A stretch of DNA of 64,000 bases from Clostridia bacterium (GTDB taxonomy: Bacteria > Bacillota > Clostridia > Oscillospirales > CAG-272). A program made the position numbers and the translations under genes. Shown in pieces: positions 1 through 8,222 of the stretch (its first letter is position 1; each line of letters starts with the position of its first letter). The stretch covers positions 258,738 through 322,737 of the forward strand of contig JAFVQU010000020.1 of the NCBI GenBank assembly GCA_017504625.1. Direction: 5' to 3'. A model generated the notes under the pieces. It searched no databases. It was not told the origin of the DNA and saw only the letters and a program-made list of their open reading frames with translations.

Positions 1-281
1 TCCTGTGGGATCTCTGCGTATGGGATAAATTTGTATTTTGTTCCGTTGCTAAGGCTTTCTCCGTTTACCAGAACTGCATTTCCGATTCGACTCTGTCTGT
101 CAGAAAACTCATATCTGTAGAATACCGTTTCATCCTTTTTAGAAGCCATATCCAGTAAGGAAACGTCAATTTTATACGATTTATATCTATTTAGAAATAC
201 CGTTGCGGTAATAATCACACCTGAGATAACAAATGATACTGCCGTAATCAGAAGTAAAAATATTTTCAAAAGTTTTTTCAT
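1..281 (-). CDS. N-terminal fragment of a class A penicillin-binding protein / transglycosylase-like membrane protein (runs off the window edge)
   Basis: Not in the ORF track because there is no stop in the window. My reverse-strand translation from ATG 281-279 gives MKKLLKIFLLLITAVSFVISGVIITATVFLNRYKSYKIDVSLLDMASKKDETVFYRYEFSDRQSRIGNAVLVNGESLSNGTKYKFIPYAEIPQ.. It has one N-terminal TM anchor, then the Y.FIPY.EIPQ stretch that usually precedes the GT51 motif of PBP1A-type proteins. GGAG at 289-292 can serve as RBS. Confidence 0.45.
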   Translation of the reverse strand, partial: MKKLLKIFLLLITAVSFVISGVIITATVFLNRYKSYKIDVSLLDMASKKDETVFYRYEFSDRQSRIGNAVLVNGESLSNGTKYKFIPYAEIPQ

Positions 282-394
282 TTTTTCCGATCTCCGTCTG
301 TAATTTATATTATTTTCTCCAATAACGCAAGATATATATAGCTCAAAATAAGGCAAAAAAAGTCCTTGTGACAAGTTATGCCACAAGGAAGCTT

Positions 395-1177
395 TTATTT
401 TGATTTAATTTTAATTTTCAGTATTTCACAAGGATTGAAAAATCTCGGTATAGGCTTTGTGTTATTAACTGCTCCGCGAGATATTATAAGTCTGCCGTCG
501 TGCATTCCCGAGGTAAGCTTTGGAAAAAGTCCTTGATGAGGCGCAAATACACCTCTGCCGAAAATTCTCCATTGACCACCGTGAGCGTGTCCCGCCAGAA
601 TTAGATCAAAGCTCGTATCCTTAAGGTGTTGAGGATAATAATGCGGATAATGACAAAGCAGGATTTTGAATATATTTTCGTTTGCGTCCAACCGTTTAAT
701 AAAATCAATATTAAAATCGGGATCTGTTATCGATGGATCCTTATCTCTGCCGCATATTGCACCGCCGATAAGTATTTCCTCTTCACCGTGAGAATATTTG
801 ACATATTCATCGTTTATAAGTGTAACGCCAAGAGATATAAGCGTATTTAAATGCTTTTCCTCCATTGCTTTATCGGGAGTTTTTGATAATCCGATCCTGG
901 CATGCGAGTTATAGATTTCGTGATTACCGATAGTGTAAAACGTAGGAGCTATCGTTACGCATTCCTTAATAAAGTCCATTGCATTTTTATTTCTGGACTC
1001 CATATAGGGTGTGATTATTTCAAAAATATCTCCCGCGAGTAATATTATATCAGGGGAAATGCTTTTGAGCGCATCAATTATCCTTTTACAAGGTCTTGCG
1101 TGAAGATCGCTGACGCAGGCAACCGTTATATCGATCCCCCTTTTGTCGGTATCTATATTATAGCTTGTGACTTTCAA
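395..1177 (-). CDS. Metallophosphoesterase (calcineurin-like, YkuE/YaeI-type)
   Basis: Motifs are DLHARP, AGDIFE, GNHE and GHAHGGQ. TTG start, with AAGGAG at 1186-1191 eight nt upstream. Confidence 0.8.
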   Translation of the reverse strand: MKVTSYNIDTDKRGIDITVACVSDLHARPCKRIIDALKSISPDIILLAGDIFEIITPYMESRNKNAMDFIKECVTIAPTFYTIGNHEIYNSHARIGLSKTPDKAMEEKHLNTLISLGVTLINDEYVKYSHGEEEILIGGAICGRDKDPSITDPDFNIDFIKRLDANENIFKILLCHYPHYYPQHLKDTSFDLILAGHAHGGQWRIFGRGVFAPHQGLFPKLTSGMHDGRLIISRGAVNNTKPIPRFFNPCEILKIKIKSK

Positions 1178-1192
1178 TATAACTACTCCTTG

Positions 1193-3493
1193 TTATTTTT
1201 CAAAATAAAAGTCGATTTTATCGGGTACTGTAAAATATGTTACGTCAAAATCGGGCGTATCAAAATATGCCGCTCTGATATCGTCTGCAAAGGCAATGGC
1301 ACGCACTCTTGACCCATCAGGAATCGAGTAATCGGTAAACGTCTTAGCCCCCTTATTTCCAAATACTACATAATCAGATCTTCCAAAATAAAAGCTTGCG
1401 ATATCGTTAAGGGAGCTTTCGTTGAATGCGGGTGAGGCGTAGGTAAGACGATCTCTTCTGCCGTAAATGCTTATGAGAACGATCTCTTCTTTGGATCGGC
1501 TTATATTATCTATCTGCAGATCAATATTAACGAATGAGAATGCGGATAGCGTTGATCCGACATCGTAAGTAAATAGTGCAACGTCTTCAAGTCTCGCCTT
1601 TTCAATAATCGGCAGCATCTTGTAATAATCTGCCTCATTTTGCGGGACTGGAAGCCATAATTGTCTAACCTTTTGGGTAGAAAATAATTTCTGCAACGAT
1701 GACGGATAAGTATTTTCATAGTGAGTAAGAATTACTGCGCTTATTTCTGTTGCACGAGATGCGTATACTTCATTAAGCGCAAGATTAAACGATTTATTGC
1801 TTCCGTTGCCGATATCGCATACTATTGCTTCACCGCCGTTTGAAATAACGATCATATCAGATTTTGATGATGCGTTTATATATGATACCTTAACCGTATC
1901 CTGAACCTTGAACTCATACAAAGTTATTGTACCGATAAAAATAAGTAAAAAGGCAAAATATGGGACGAGTGAGATAAAAACGTTTTTAAATTTAAATATG
2001 AGTGAGCACAAGAGCGCAATTCCGAGAATTATTACAAAAATATTTGAGAACGAGTAATTTAATGAAAAGACAGCTCCCTCAATATCTGATATTTTGCCAC
2101 AGTACGATAACATAAATCCGGCAATCGCTCTGATAGCCGATGCAAGTGTGTATGAGATATACGGAATTTTGGCGAAAGGTATAAGCAGGAGAGAAAGAAC
2201 CAGAATAAATGACGTTGCAAGTGAAAGAATAACGGATGATAAGACCGAAAAGATGGATACCTCGCGGATAAATACGCACATTATAATTACAAGAGGTATC
2301 ATAGCAAAAATACCCGTAGCGATAGCCGATATAAAGGATATGCCTATATTTATCGGTGTTCTAAAGCGTTTGATATGATAAATTGCGTTATTCTTGAATT
2401 TTATATATGACGGCATATATGAAAGGATTCCGAGAGTTGCGGAGAATGACATCCAAAATCCCGCATCAAGTACGCTGCCGGGGGAAATAAGAACGATTAC
2501 GGTTCCGGCAATAGAAAGCGACGTTAAGGGATCTGACGGCACGCTTGCGAGCATAGATAGGTAAACGATAGTCAGCATTATTACCGATCTCGTAGCAGAT
2601 ATAGAAAATCCAGTAATACCAAGATAAGTCAGCGAAATGATTATCATTACTATCGCGATCAATCTTGTTTTCATGCCAAGCTTTTTACAAAGATACATTA
2701 AAGCACCCATGAGAATGCTCATATGCAATCCGCTTATTGCGAGAATATGTGCAGCACCCGCGCGCGAGAAATCTCTCTTGGTGGAATTTGATAAAAGATC
2801 CCGGTTTCCAAGCAATATCGCTGACGCAAGCTTTCCCTCCTCACCTGAAACGGCAGACGCAAGTGTTTTGGAAAGCTTTGCGTTGATGTGAGAAAATATA
2901 ACGCTTGGTGTGATCGTATTACTTCCCGTTATTTTAAGAGAGCTTTGATCCCAAGAAGAGTACAGTATAAACACACCGTCAGATAAACGGGATAATTTTG
3001 AATTATATCTTGTCGGATAGTCCTCATCCGTGTTTTCGGCGGTTACAGTCAACTCAAACTTATCACCGATTTCAAAAGCGGGATTGTAGTAACACGTAAG
3101 CTCTGAGAGGTGTCGGTTATGTTCTCCGTCTATGCTTTCTACGTTTATTTTGTATGATGACAAATTGCCGCTTTGATAGATCTCTTCAGTAACGGTGGCG
3201 CTTATAGTATGCTCTTCTCCGTAATATTTTTCGTAGGATGAAGCTCTTATGTTAAAGAAAATAAGTGACGATAAAAGGCTGAAAATTATCGCAAGAAGAC
3301 AAATAATTATAAAAATTGATGAATAGTTACTGATCTTTTTACATATAAAGAGAGTAATGAAGACAGCAAGAGCGGTAAATGAAAGCACGCAAATTATTAT
3401 TTTTATGACGCTTCCAAGGAAAAAACCAAGTGTTGAAAAAAGGAGAAATAACATACATGCGGCAAACAAAGGTCTCTTTTTGAATATTGCCAA
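1193..3493 (-). CDS. comEC: ComEC/Rec2 family DNA internalization competence protein
   Basis: Polytopic protein with the competence-domain signature GAAHILAISGLHMSIL and a C-terminal metallo-beta-lactamase-like region. The listed TTG at 3502 abuts GGAG (3503-3506), so TTG at 3493 (9 nt spacing) is the likelier start. Confidence 0.85.
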   Translation of the reverse strand: MAIFKKRPLFAACMLFLLFSTLGFFLGSVIKIIICVLSFTALAVFITLFICKKISNYSSIFIIICLLAIIFSLLSSLIFFNIRASSYEKYYGEEHTISATVTEEIYQSGNLSSYKINVESIDGEHNRHLSELTCYYNPAFEIGDKFELTVTAENTDEDYPTRYNSKLSRLSDGVFILYSSWDQSSLKITGSNTITPSVIFSHINAKLSKTLASAVSGEEGKLASAILLGNRDLLSNSTKRDFSRAGAAHILAISGLHMSILMGALMYLCKKLGMKTRLIAIVMIIISLTYLGITGFSISATRSVIMLTIVYLSMLASVPSDPLTSLSIAGTVIVLISPGSVLDAGFWMSFSATLGILSYMPSYIKFKNNAIYHIKRFRTPINIGISFISAIATGIFAMIPLVIIMCVFIREVSIFSVLSSVILSLATSFILVLSLLLIPFAKIPYISYTLASAIRAIAGFMLSYCGKISDIEGAVFSLNYSFSNIFVIILGIALLCSLIFKFKNVFISLVPYFAFLLIFIGTITLYEFKVQDTVKVSYINASSKSDMIVISNGGEAIVCDIGNGSNKSFNLALNEVYASRATEISAVILTHYENTYPSSLQKLFSTQKVRQLWLPVPQNEADYYKMLPIIEKARLEDVALFTYDVGSTLSAFSFVNIDLQIDNISRSKEEIVLISIYGRRDRLTYASPAFNESSLNDIASFYFGRSDYVVFGNKGAKTFTDYSIPDGSRVRAIAFADDIRAAYFDTPDFDVTYFTVPDKIDFYFEK

Positions 3494-3567
3494 TGATATC
3501 AACTCCTTTCTTTAAAACGGAAAATTTATTTTTTTTCGTCAGAAAATAACAAATTTTGCAAAAGCTA

Positions 3568-3596
3568 TTGACAAAAAAAACAAATGCATATATAAT
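3568..3596 (+). promoter_or_regulatory. SigA-type promoter, exact TTGACA-N17-TATAAT
   Basis: TTGACA at 3568-3573, a 17 nt spacer, and TATAAT at 3591-3596. It lies about 45 nt upstream of the ACP start codon. Confidence 0.6.
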
Positions 3597-3640
3597 AATA
3601 GGCGTTGTAAAAAACGCATTAAACTTTTGGAGGAATAGAA

Positions 3641-3865
3641 ATGTTTGAAAAGGTTAAGGCACTTCTTATGGAGGAGCTTCAGATCGACGAATCGCTCATA
3701 ACCCCCAACGCAGAGCTTTCTGCGGATCTTGGTATTAATTCTATTGAGCTTGCAGACCTCGTTCTTATCTGTGAGGAGCAGTATGACATCGTTATTGAGG
3801 ACGAATCTCTTTCGAGCTTCATCACTGTTGGCGACGTTGTAAATTACCTTGAGGAGAATTGCTAA
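3641..3865 (+). CDS. Acyl carrier protein (stand-alone)
   Basis: 74 aa acidic protein with the phosphopantetheine-site context DLGINSIELADLV. RBS is GGAGG at 3630-3634. Confidence 0.8.
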   Translation: MFEKVKALLMEELQIDESLITPNAELSADLGINSIELADLVLICEEQYDIVIEDESLSSFITVGDVVNYLEENC

Positions 3866-3892
3866 TTTAAATCTCCGTTAAATATTACTTTT

Positions 3893-3926
3893 ATCCGTAT
3901 CGGGTTTGCGATACGGATATTTTTTA
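3893..3926 (+). terminator. Rho-independent terminator after the ACP gene
   Basis: Stem atccgtatcg (3893-3902) pairs with cgatacggat (3909-3918), followed by a T-run. Confidence 0.65.
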
Positions 3927-4790
3927 TTTCTTTGGATAACAGATGCTTGAAGTAGCACCGATTGAGAGAAGAGCGGAGTTTGCACGCATTGCAGCTTCTT
4001 CATTTTCGAAAATGCCAAACACGGCTGTGCCGCTTCCCGTCATGAGTGTGCCGCAGGCACCGTTTTTGCTTAATATATTTTTTATGGTTGTTATCGCAGG
4101 TCGCTCAGGTTCAACAACTTCTTCAAATATGTTGTACAAGCCCTTGCAATAATCAGAGAGTGGCGTATTTTCATTTGATTCGAGAAGAATTTCAAGCATA
4201 TCGATTTTAGGACTGTAATTTTTAAATCTGTCAAACTTTTCGTCGAGTTTTCGGTATGCCGTTGGTGTACTCATTCCCACACCCATGCGAGCGATGACAA
4301 GGGGAAAATCAGGCATTGGCGCGCATTTGGTCATTTTTTCGCCAATTCCCTCGACTATACAGCTTCCGCCTTCAATACAGAAAGGAACGTCAGCACCAAG
4401 CTTTTTTCCAATTGTTTTAAGCTCATCAAGAGAATATCTGTTGCCGAGGAGCTCATTTAATCCGATGAGCGTTGCCGCAGCATCTGCGCTTCCTCCCGCA
4501 AGTCCTGCCTCGCTTGGAATATTTTTCTCAATCGCTATCTTGAGACATCCGCGCTCAAGAAGCATATCTGCTGCCTTATACGCAAGGTTTTTTTCGTCGC
4601 AAGGAATACCTTTTGCATTGCAAACTATCTCAATTGATCTGTCGGCATTGCTATCGTAATCAAGCGTTATAACGTCGTGCAGAGTTACCGCCTGCATAAG
4701 ACTGAGAATGTTATGATAGCTATCCTCTCTCAATGAAACTATGTCCAAAAAAAGATTTATTTTCGCGTGCGCGTTAATTGAAATTTGCAT
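3924..4790 (-). CDS. ispE: 4-diphosphocytidyl-2-C-methyl-D-erythritol kinase
   Basis: The N-terminus AHAKINLFLDIV and the GHMP kinase motif PSEAGLAGGSADAAA are typical of IspE. Confidence 0.9.
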   Translation of the reverse strand: MQISINAHAKINLFLDIVSLREDSYHNILSLMQAVTLHDVITLDYDSNADRSIEIVCNAKGIPCDEKNLAYKAADMLLERGCLKIAIEKNIPSEAGLAGGSADAAATLIGLNELLGNRYSLDELKTIGKKLGADVPFCIEGGSCIVEGIGEKMTKCAPMPDFPLVIARMGVGMSTPTAYRKLDEKFDRFKNYSPKIDMLEILLESNENTPLSDYCKGLYNIFEEVVEPERPAITTIKNILSKNGACGTLMTGSGTAVFGIFENEEAAMRANSALLSIGATSSICYPKK

Positions 4791-4913
4791 AGAGCAATGC
4801 TCCCTTCAACGACCAGAATTCGACATAATAATCATATTATACTCTTTATATGTTAGTATTTTGTGAATATATTAAATTTTTTTATACTATACAACATTTT
4901 GATTTTTCTCCCC

Positions 4914-4942
4914 TTGACTTGTAAACAAAAAAAGTATATAAT
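4914..4942 (+). promoter_or_regulatory. SigA-type promoter TTGACT-N17-TATAAT
   Basis: TTGACT at 4914-4919, a 17 nt spacer, and TATAAT at 4937-4942. An 8 bp hairpin (atgtgcac/gtgcgcat) follows in the leader. Confidence 0.55.
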
Positions 4943-5014
4943 ATAATGCGGATGTGCACAGAAAGTGCGCATATCGGTTCAAATTGAATTATAAAATGAA
5001 AGAGAGATAAAAAC

Positions 5015-5269
5015 ATGGAACACATTACTTACAAAACTCAGGGTGTATGCTCAAGACAGATCGACCTCGACATTGAAAATGATGTTATAGTTGATGCAAA
5101 GTTTACAGGCGGTTGCTCGGGTAACACTCAGGGTGTTGCGGCACTCGTTAAGGGTATGACAGTTGAGGAGGCTATCAAGCGCCTTAGCGGCATACACTGC
5201 GGTCCCCGTCCTACCTCTTGCCCCGACCAGCTTGCAACCGCGCTTAAGCAGTACGTAGAAAACAAGTAA
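5015..5269 (+). CDS. TIGR03905-type TSCPD domain protein (4-Cys, function unknown)
   Basis: 84 aa with the patterns KTQGVCS, KFTGGCSGN, GIHCG and TSCPDQLA that are characteristic of this family. Confidence 0.8.
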   Translation: MEHITYKTQGVCSRQIDLDIENDVIVDAKFTGGCSGNTQGVAALVKGMTVEEAIKRLSGIHCGPRPTSCPDQLATALKQYVENK

Positions 5270-5319
5270 TAATTTCAAGAAAACAAAGTCTATATACCCG
5301 AAAGGATATTTGAAAGATT

Positions 5320-7035
5320 ATGAATAATTACCTTGAAAATTATCAGCGTTGGCTCACATCCGACGTTCTTACCGATGCCGAAAAGCAAGAGCTTTTGGCG
5401 ATTAAGGATAATGACGACGAGATAAAGCTTCGCTTTTCATCGGGACTTACCTTCGGCACAGCGGGACTTCGCGGTGTGATGAAGGTTGGTCTTAACGCGA
5501 TGAACGTTTATACAGTTGCGCAGGCTACTCAGGGCTTGGCTTCGCTTATCCACAAGGAAGGCAGAGCGAAGGACGGAGTTTGTATTGCATACGATTGCAG
5601 AAACAACTCCGAGCTTTTTGCAAAGGTTTCCGCAGAGGTGCTTGCGGCGGCAGATATTCCCGTTTACATTTTCGACGCGCTTCGTCCGACTCCCGAGCTT
5701 TCCTTTGCGCTCCGTGAGCTTAAATGCGTTGCGGGTATCAATATCACCGCATCTCACAACCCCAAGCAGTACAACGGATATAAGGCGTACTGGGAGGACG
5801 GCGCACAGCTTCCTCCAGAGCATGCAAGCACGGTTTATGCAGAGATCTGCAAAACTGATATATTCAACGATGTAAAGAGAGCTGATTTTAACGGCGCGGT
5901 CGCAGAAGGCAAGATCACTGTTATCGGTAAAGAAATCGACGAGCTTTATCTTGCGCAGGTTCAGGCTCAGTCTGTAAATCCCGATGCGGTTAAGAACGTC
6001 GCAGACGAGCTTAAGATAATTTACACTCCCCTTCACGGCACGGGTCACAAGCTGGTTCCCGAGATACTTACAAGAATTGGACTTAAACATCTTTATAAGG
6101 TTGACGAGCAGTTTATCATTGACGGCAACTTCCCCACCGTATCAAAGCCCAATCCCGAGTACGCAGACGTATTTGAGCTTGGTATCGCTATTGCAGACAA
6201 GGTAGGAAGCGATCTTATTATAGCTACCGACCCCGATGCAGACCGCGTTGGCGTTGTTGCAAGAGCAAAGGACGGCAAGTTCCACACAATTACGGGTAAC
6301 CAGATGGGTGCGCTCCTTATCGACTATATCATTACCGCGTATGAGGAAACCGACACAATGCCTCCCCTTCCTTACGTTGTAAAGTCTATCGTTTCATCTG
6401 AGCTTGCAACAAAGATCTGTGAAGCTCACGGAGTTGAAATGTTCAACGTGCTTACCGGATTTAAGTTCATCGGTGAGGTAATAAAGAACCACGAGGCAAG
6501 CGGCGAGGGCAGCTATATCTTTGGATTTGAGGAAAGCTACGGCTACCTCAAGGGCACTTATGCAAGAGATAAGGACGCCGTTGTTGCATCTATGCTTATT
6601 TGCGAGATGACCGCGTACTACAAGGCAAAGAATATGACTCTTTACGATGCGCTTGAAAAGCTCTTTGACAGATACGGCTTCTGCGCAGAGGTAAACGTTG
6701 AGATCTATATGGAGGGTGTTGACGGCCCTGCGAAGATGGCGGCACTGCTTGACGGTATGAGAACTGATATTCCCGCATCTCTTGGTGGTGTTAACGTAGA
6801 CACATTTGGCGACTACGCCGCAGAGTGCTTTACAAACGTAAAGACCGGTGAGAAGACACCTACCGGACTTCCCAAGTCCAACGTGCTTTACTTCAAGCTT
6901 GAAAACGGCGACGTCGTTGTCGTTCGTCCTTCGGGAACAGAGCCTAAGGTTAAGTTCTACTTCATGGTATCCGCAAAGGATAACACCGAGGCACTTGAGC
7001 ATATCGAGGCTTATAAAAAATCGCTTAACGTATAA
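5320..7035 (+). CDS. pgcA: Phosphoglucomutase / phospho-sugar mutase (alpha-D-phosphohexomutase family)
   Basis: Active-site loop TASHNP, metal loop DPDADR, and a length of 571 aa. Confidence 0.85.
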   Translation: MNNYLENYQRWLTSDVLTDAEKQELLAIKDNDDEIKLRFSSGLTFGTAGLRGVMKVGLNAMNVYTVAQATQGLASLIHKEGRAKDGVCIAYDCRNNSELFAKVSAEVLAAADIPVYIFDALRPTPELSFALRELKCVAGINITASHNPKQYNGYKAYWEDGAQLPPEHASTVYAEICKTDIFNDVKRADFNGAVAEGKITVIGKEIDELYLAQVQAQSVNPDAVKNVADELKIIYTPLHGTGHKLVPEILTRIGLKHLYKVDEQFIIDGNFPTVSKPNPEYADVFELGIAIADKVGSDLIIATDPDADRVGVVARAKDGKFHTITGNQMGALLIDYIITAYEETDTMPPLPYVVKSIVSSELATKICEAHGVEMFNVLTGFKFIGEVIKNHEASGEGSYIFGFEESYGYLKGTYARDKDAVVASMLICEMTAYYKAKNMTLYDALEKLFDRYGFCAEVNVEIYMEGVDGPAKMAALLDGMRTDIPASLGGVNVDTFGDYAAECFTNVKTGEKTPTGLPKSNVLYFKLENGDVVVVRPSGTEPKVKFYFMVSAKDNTEALEHIEAYKKSLNV

Positions 7036-7046
7036 TGGATATACGA

Positions 7047-7080
7047 AAAAATCCGACGGAATTTCCGTCGGATTTTTTTA
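7047..7080. terminator. Bidirectional rho-independent terminator
   Basis: Stem atccgacgga (7052-7061) pairs with tccgtcggat (7065-7074), flanked by an A-run and a T-run. It sits between convergent genes. Confidence 0.75.
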
Positions 7081-7605
7081 GACAATATTGGATTCTTGCT
7101 TTAATTTATTTATCATATTGCTCTTAAATAGTTCAAGACCAATGGTTGAAAACATTACTAATGCTATATTAACCATTGAACGCAGGATGGGAATTTTTAT
7201 ACTATTCATAAATGGAAATATCGGGGTGCATATAAAAACAATAGGGTTTCTAAACGAATCAGAATTTACAATATGTTGAATCAAATATGATAATTCACAC
7301 AAAATTGCAGCGCCTACGAAAATAATAAAATAATACTTTCCTTCGGTTTTCAAATATGCCAATGCTTCTTTTTTACAATCAAATTTCCCATTGTGCTCTG
7401 TATAAGTATCTAAATTATGAGATATTTTCGTATGATATAGGAAAAATAAATATATTGCAAATACAAGAGCGCTAATAAGAAAATCTTTTATAGGGCTATT
7501 TTCTATTGCCGCTGCAATGATAATCGAGAGAATTATTAATGCAAGAAAAGATATTGCAATTGCTTTAGCGATAATTTTAAAATGATATATAATTTTTTTT
7601 AACAT
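7078..7605 (-). CDS. Hypothetical polytopic membrane protein (copy B of a tandem pair)
   Basis: Start revised to ATG 7605 (MLKKIIYHF..) because GGAG lies at 7616-7620 and this removes the overlap with the upstream ORF. It has several hydrophobic segments and no recognisable family motif. Confidence 0.6.
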   Translation of the reverse strand: MLKKIIYHFKIIAKAIAISFLALIILSIIIAAAIENSPIKDFLISALVFAIYLFFLYHTKISHNLDTYTEHNGKFDCKKEALAYLKTEGKYYFIIFVGAAILCELSYLIQHIVNSDSFRNPIVFICTPIFPFMNSIKIPILRSMVNIALVMFSTIGLELFKSNMINKLKQESNIV

Positions 7606-7619
7606 TTTTATTCGTTCTC

Positions 7620-8201
7620 CTATTTTCTTAACTTGGTTTTTTCCCATGTTATGTGGGATATTTTCAAGCAGACAAGGTACATACCTACTATATATACATC
7701 CCAAATTAACCATCCAATTAAGCGTATAATAAAGCTTGTGTTATCCAGCAAGTTTGGTATATTGTCTACGAACAGCATTGCTGATGAAAACAGAAAACTT
7801 AAATATTTATTAATAAGCTCAATGGGCATAATTGCAAGAATAACCGTAACTATCAATAAAGTATAAAATTCATATTTTCCAAATGTATGAATGTGCATCT
7901 GCATTATTTTATCCTTACTATGACCTGCCTCACTGTTTTTTAGATAAAATCTTTTATATTCACTATTAGCACCAAAATACCATAAATAAAACGGAATAAT
8001 AAATCCTATCGCCATACAGATACCGAAGGTTAGGTTTGTCATATCTTGGTGTTCAACCATTTTTTCATAACCTAATAATGCCATAATCATAATAGCAACA
8101 GCACCAAATACTATTACTGCTACATTACAAATGATAAATTGGAGCAATCGGGATGCAAGAATTTTTATTCTATCCGTATTTATTTTCTGGCGTTCTTTCA
8201 T
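7620..8201 (-). CDS. Hypothetical polytopic membrane protein (copy A of a tandem pair)
   Basis: 193 aa with multiple TM segments. It shares the layout and a GKY(E/Y)F..hydrophobic block with the downstream ORF. It starts 21 nt after the dnaE stop. Confidence 0.6.
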   Translation of the reverse strand: MKERQKINTDRIKILASRLLQFIICNVAVIVFGAVAIMIMALLGYEKMVEHQDMTNLTFGICMAIGFIIPFYLWYFGANSEYKRFYLKNSEAGHSKDKIMQMHIHTFGKYEFYTLLIVTVILAIMPIELINKYLSFLFSSAMLFVDNIPNLLDNTSFIIRLIGWLIWDVYIVGMYLVCLKISHITWEKTKLRK

Positions 8202-8222
8202 AATGCTTCATCATACCTCATC

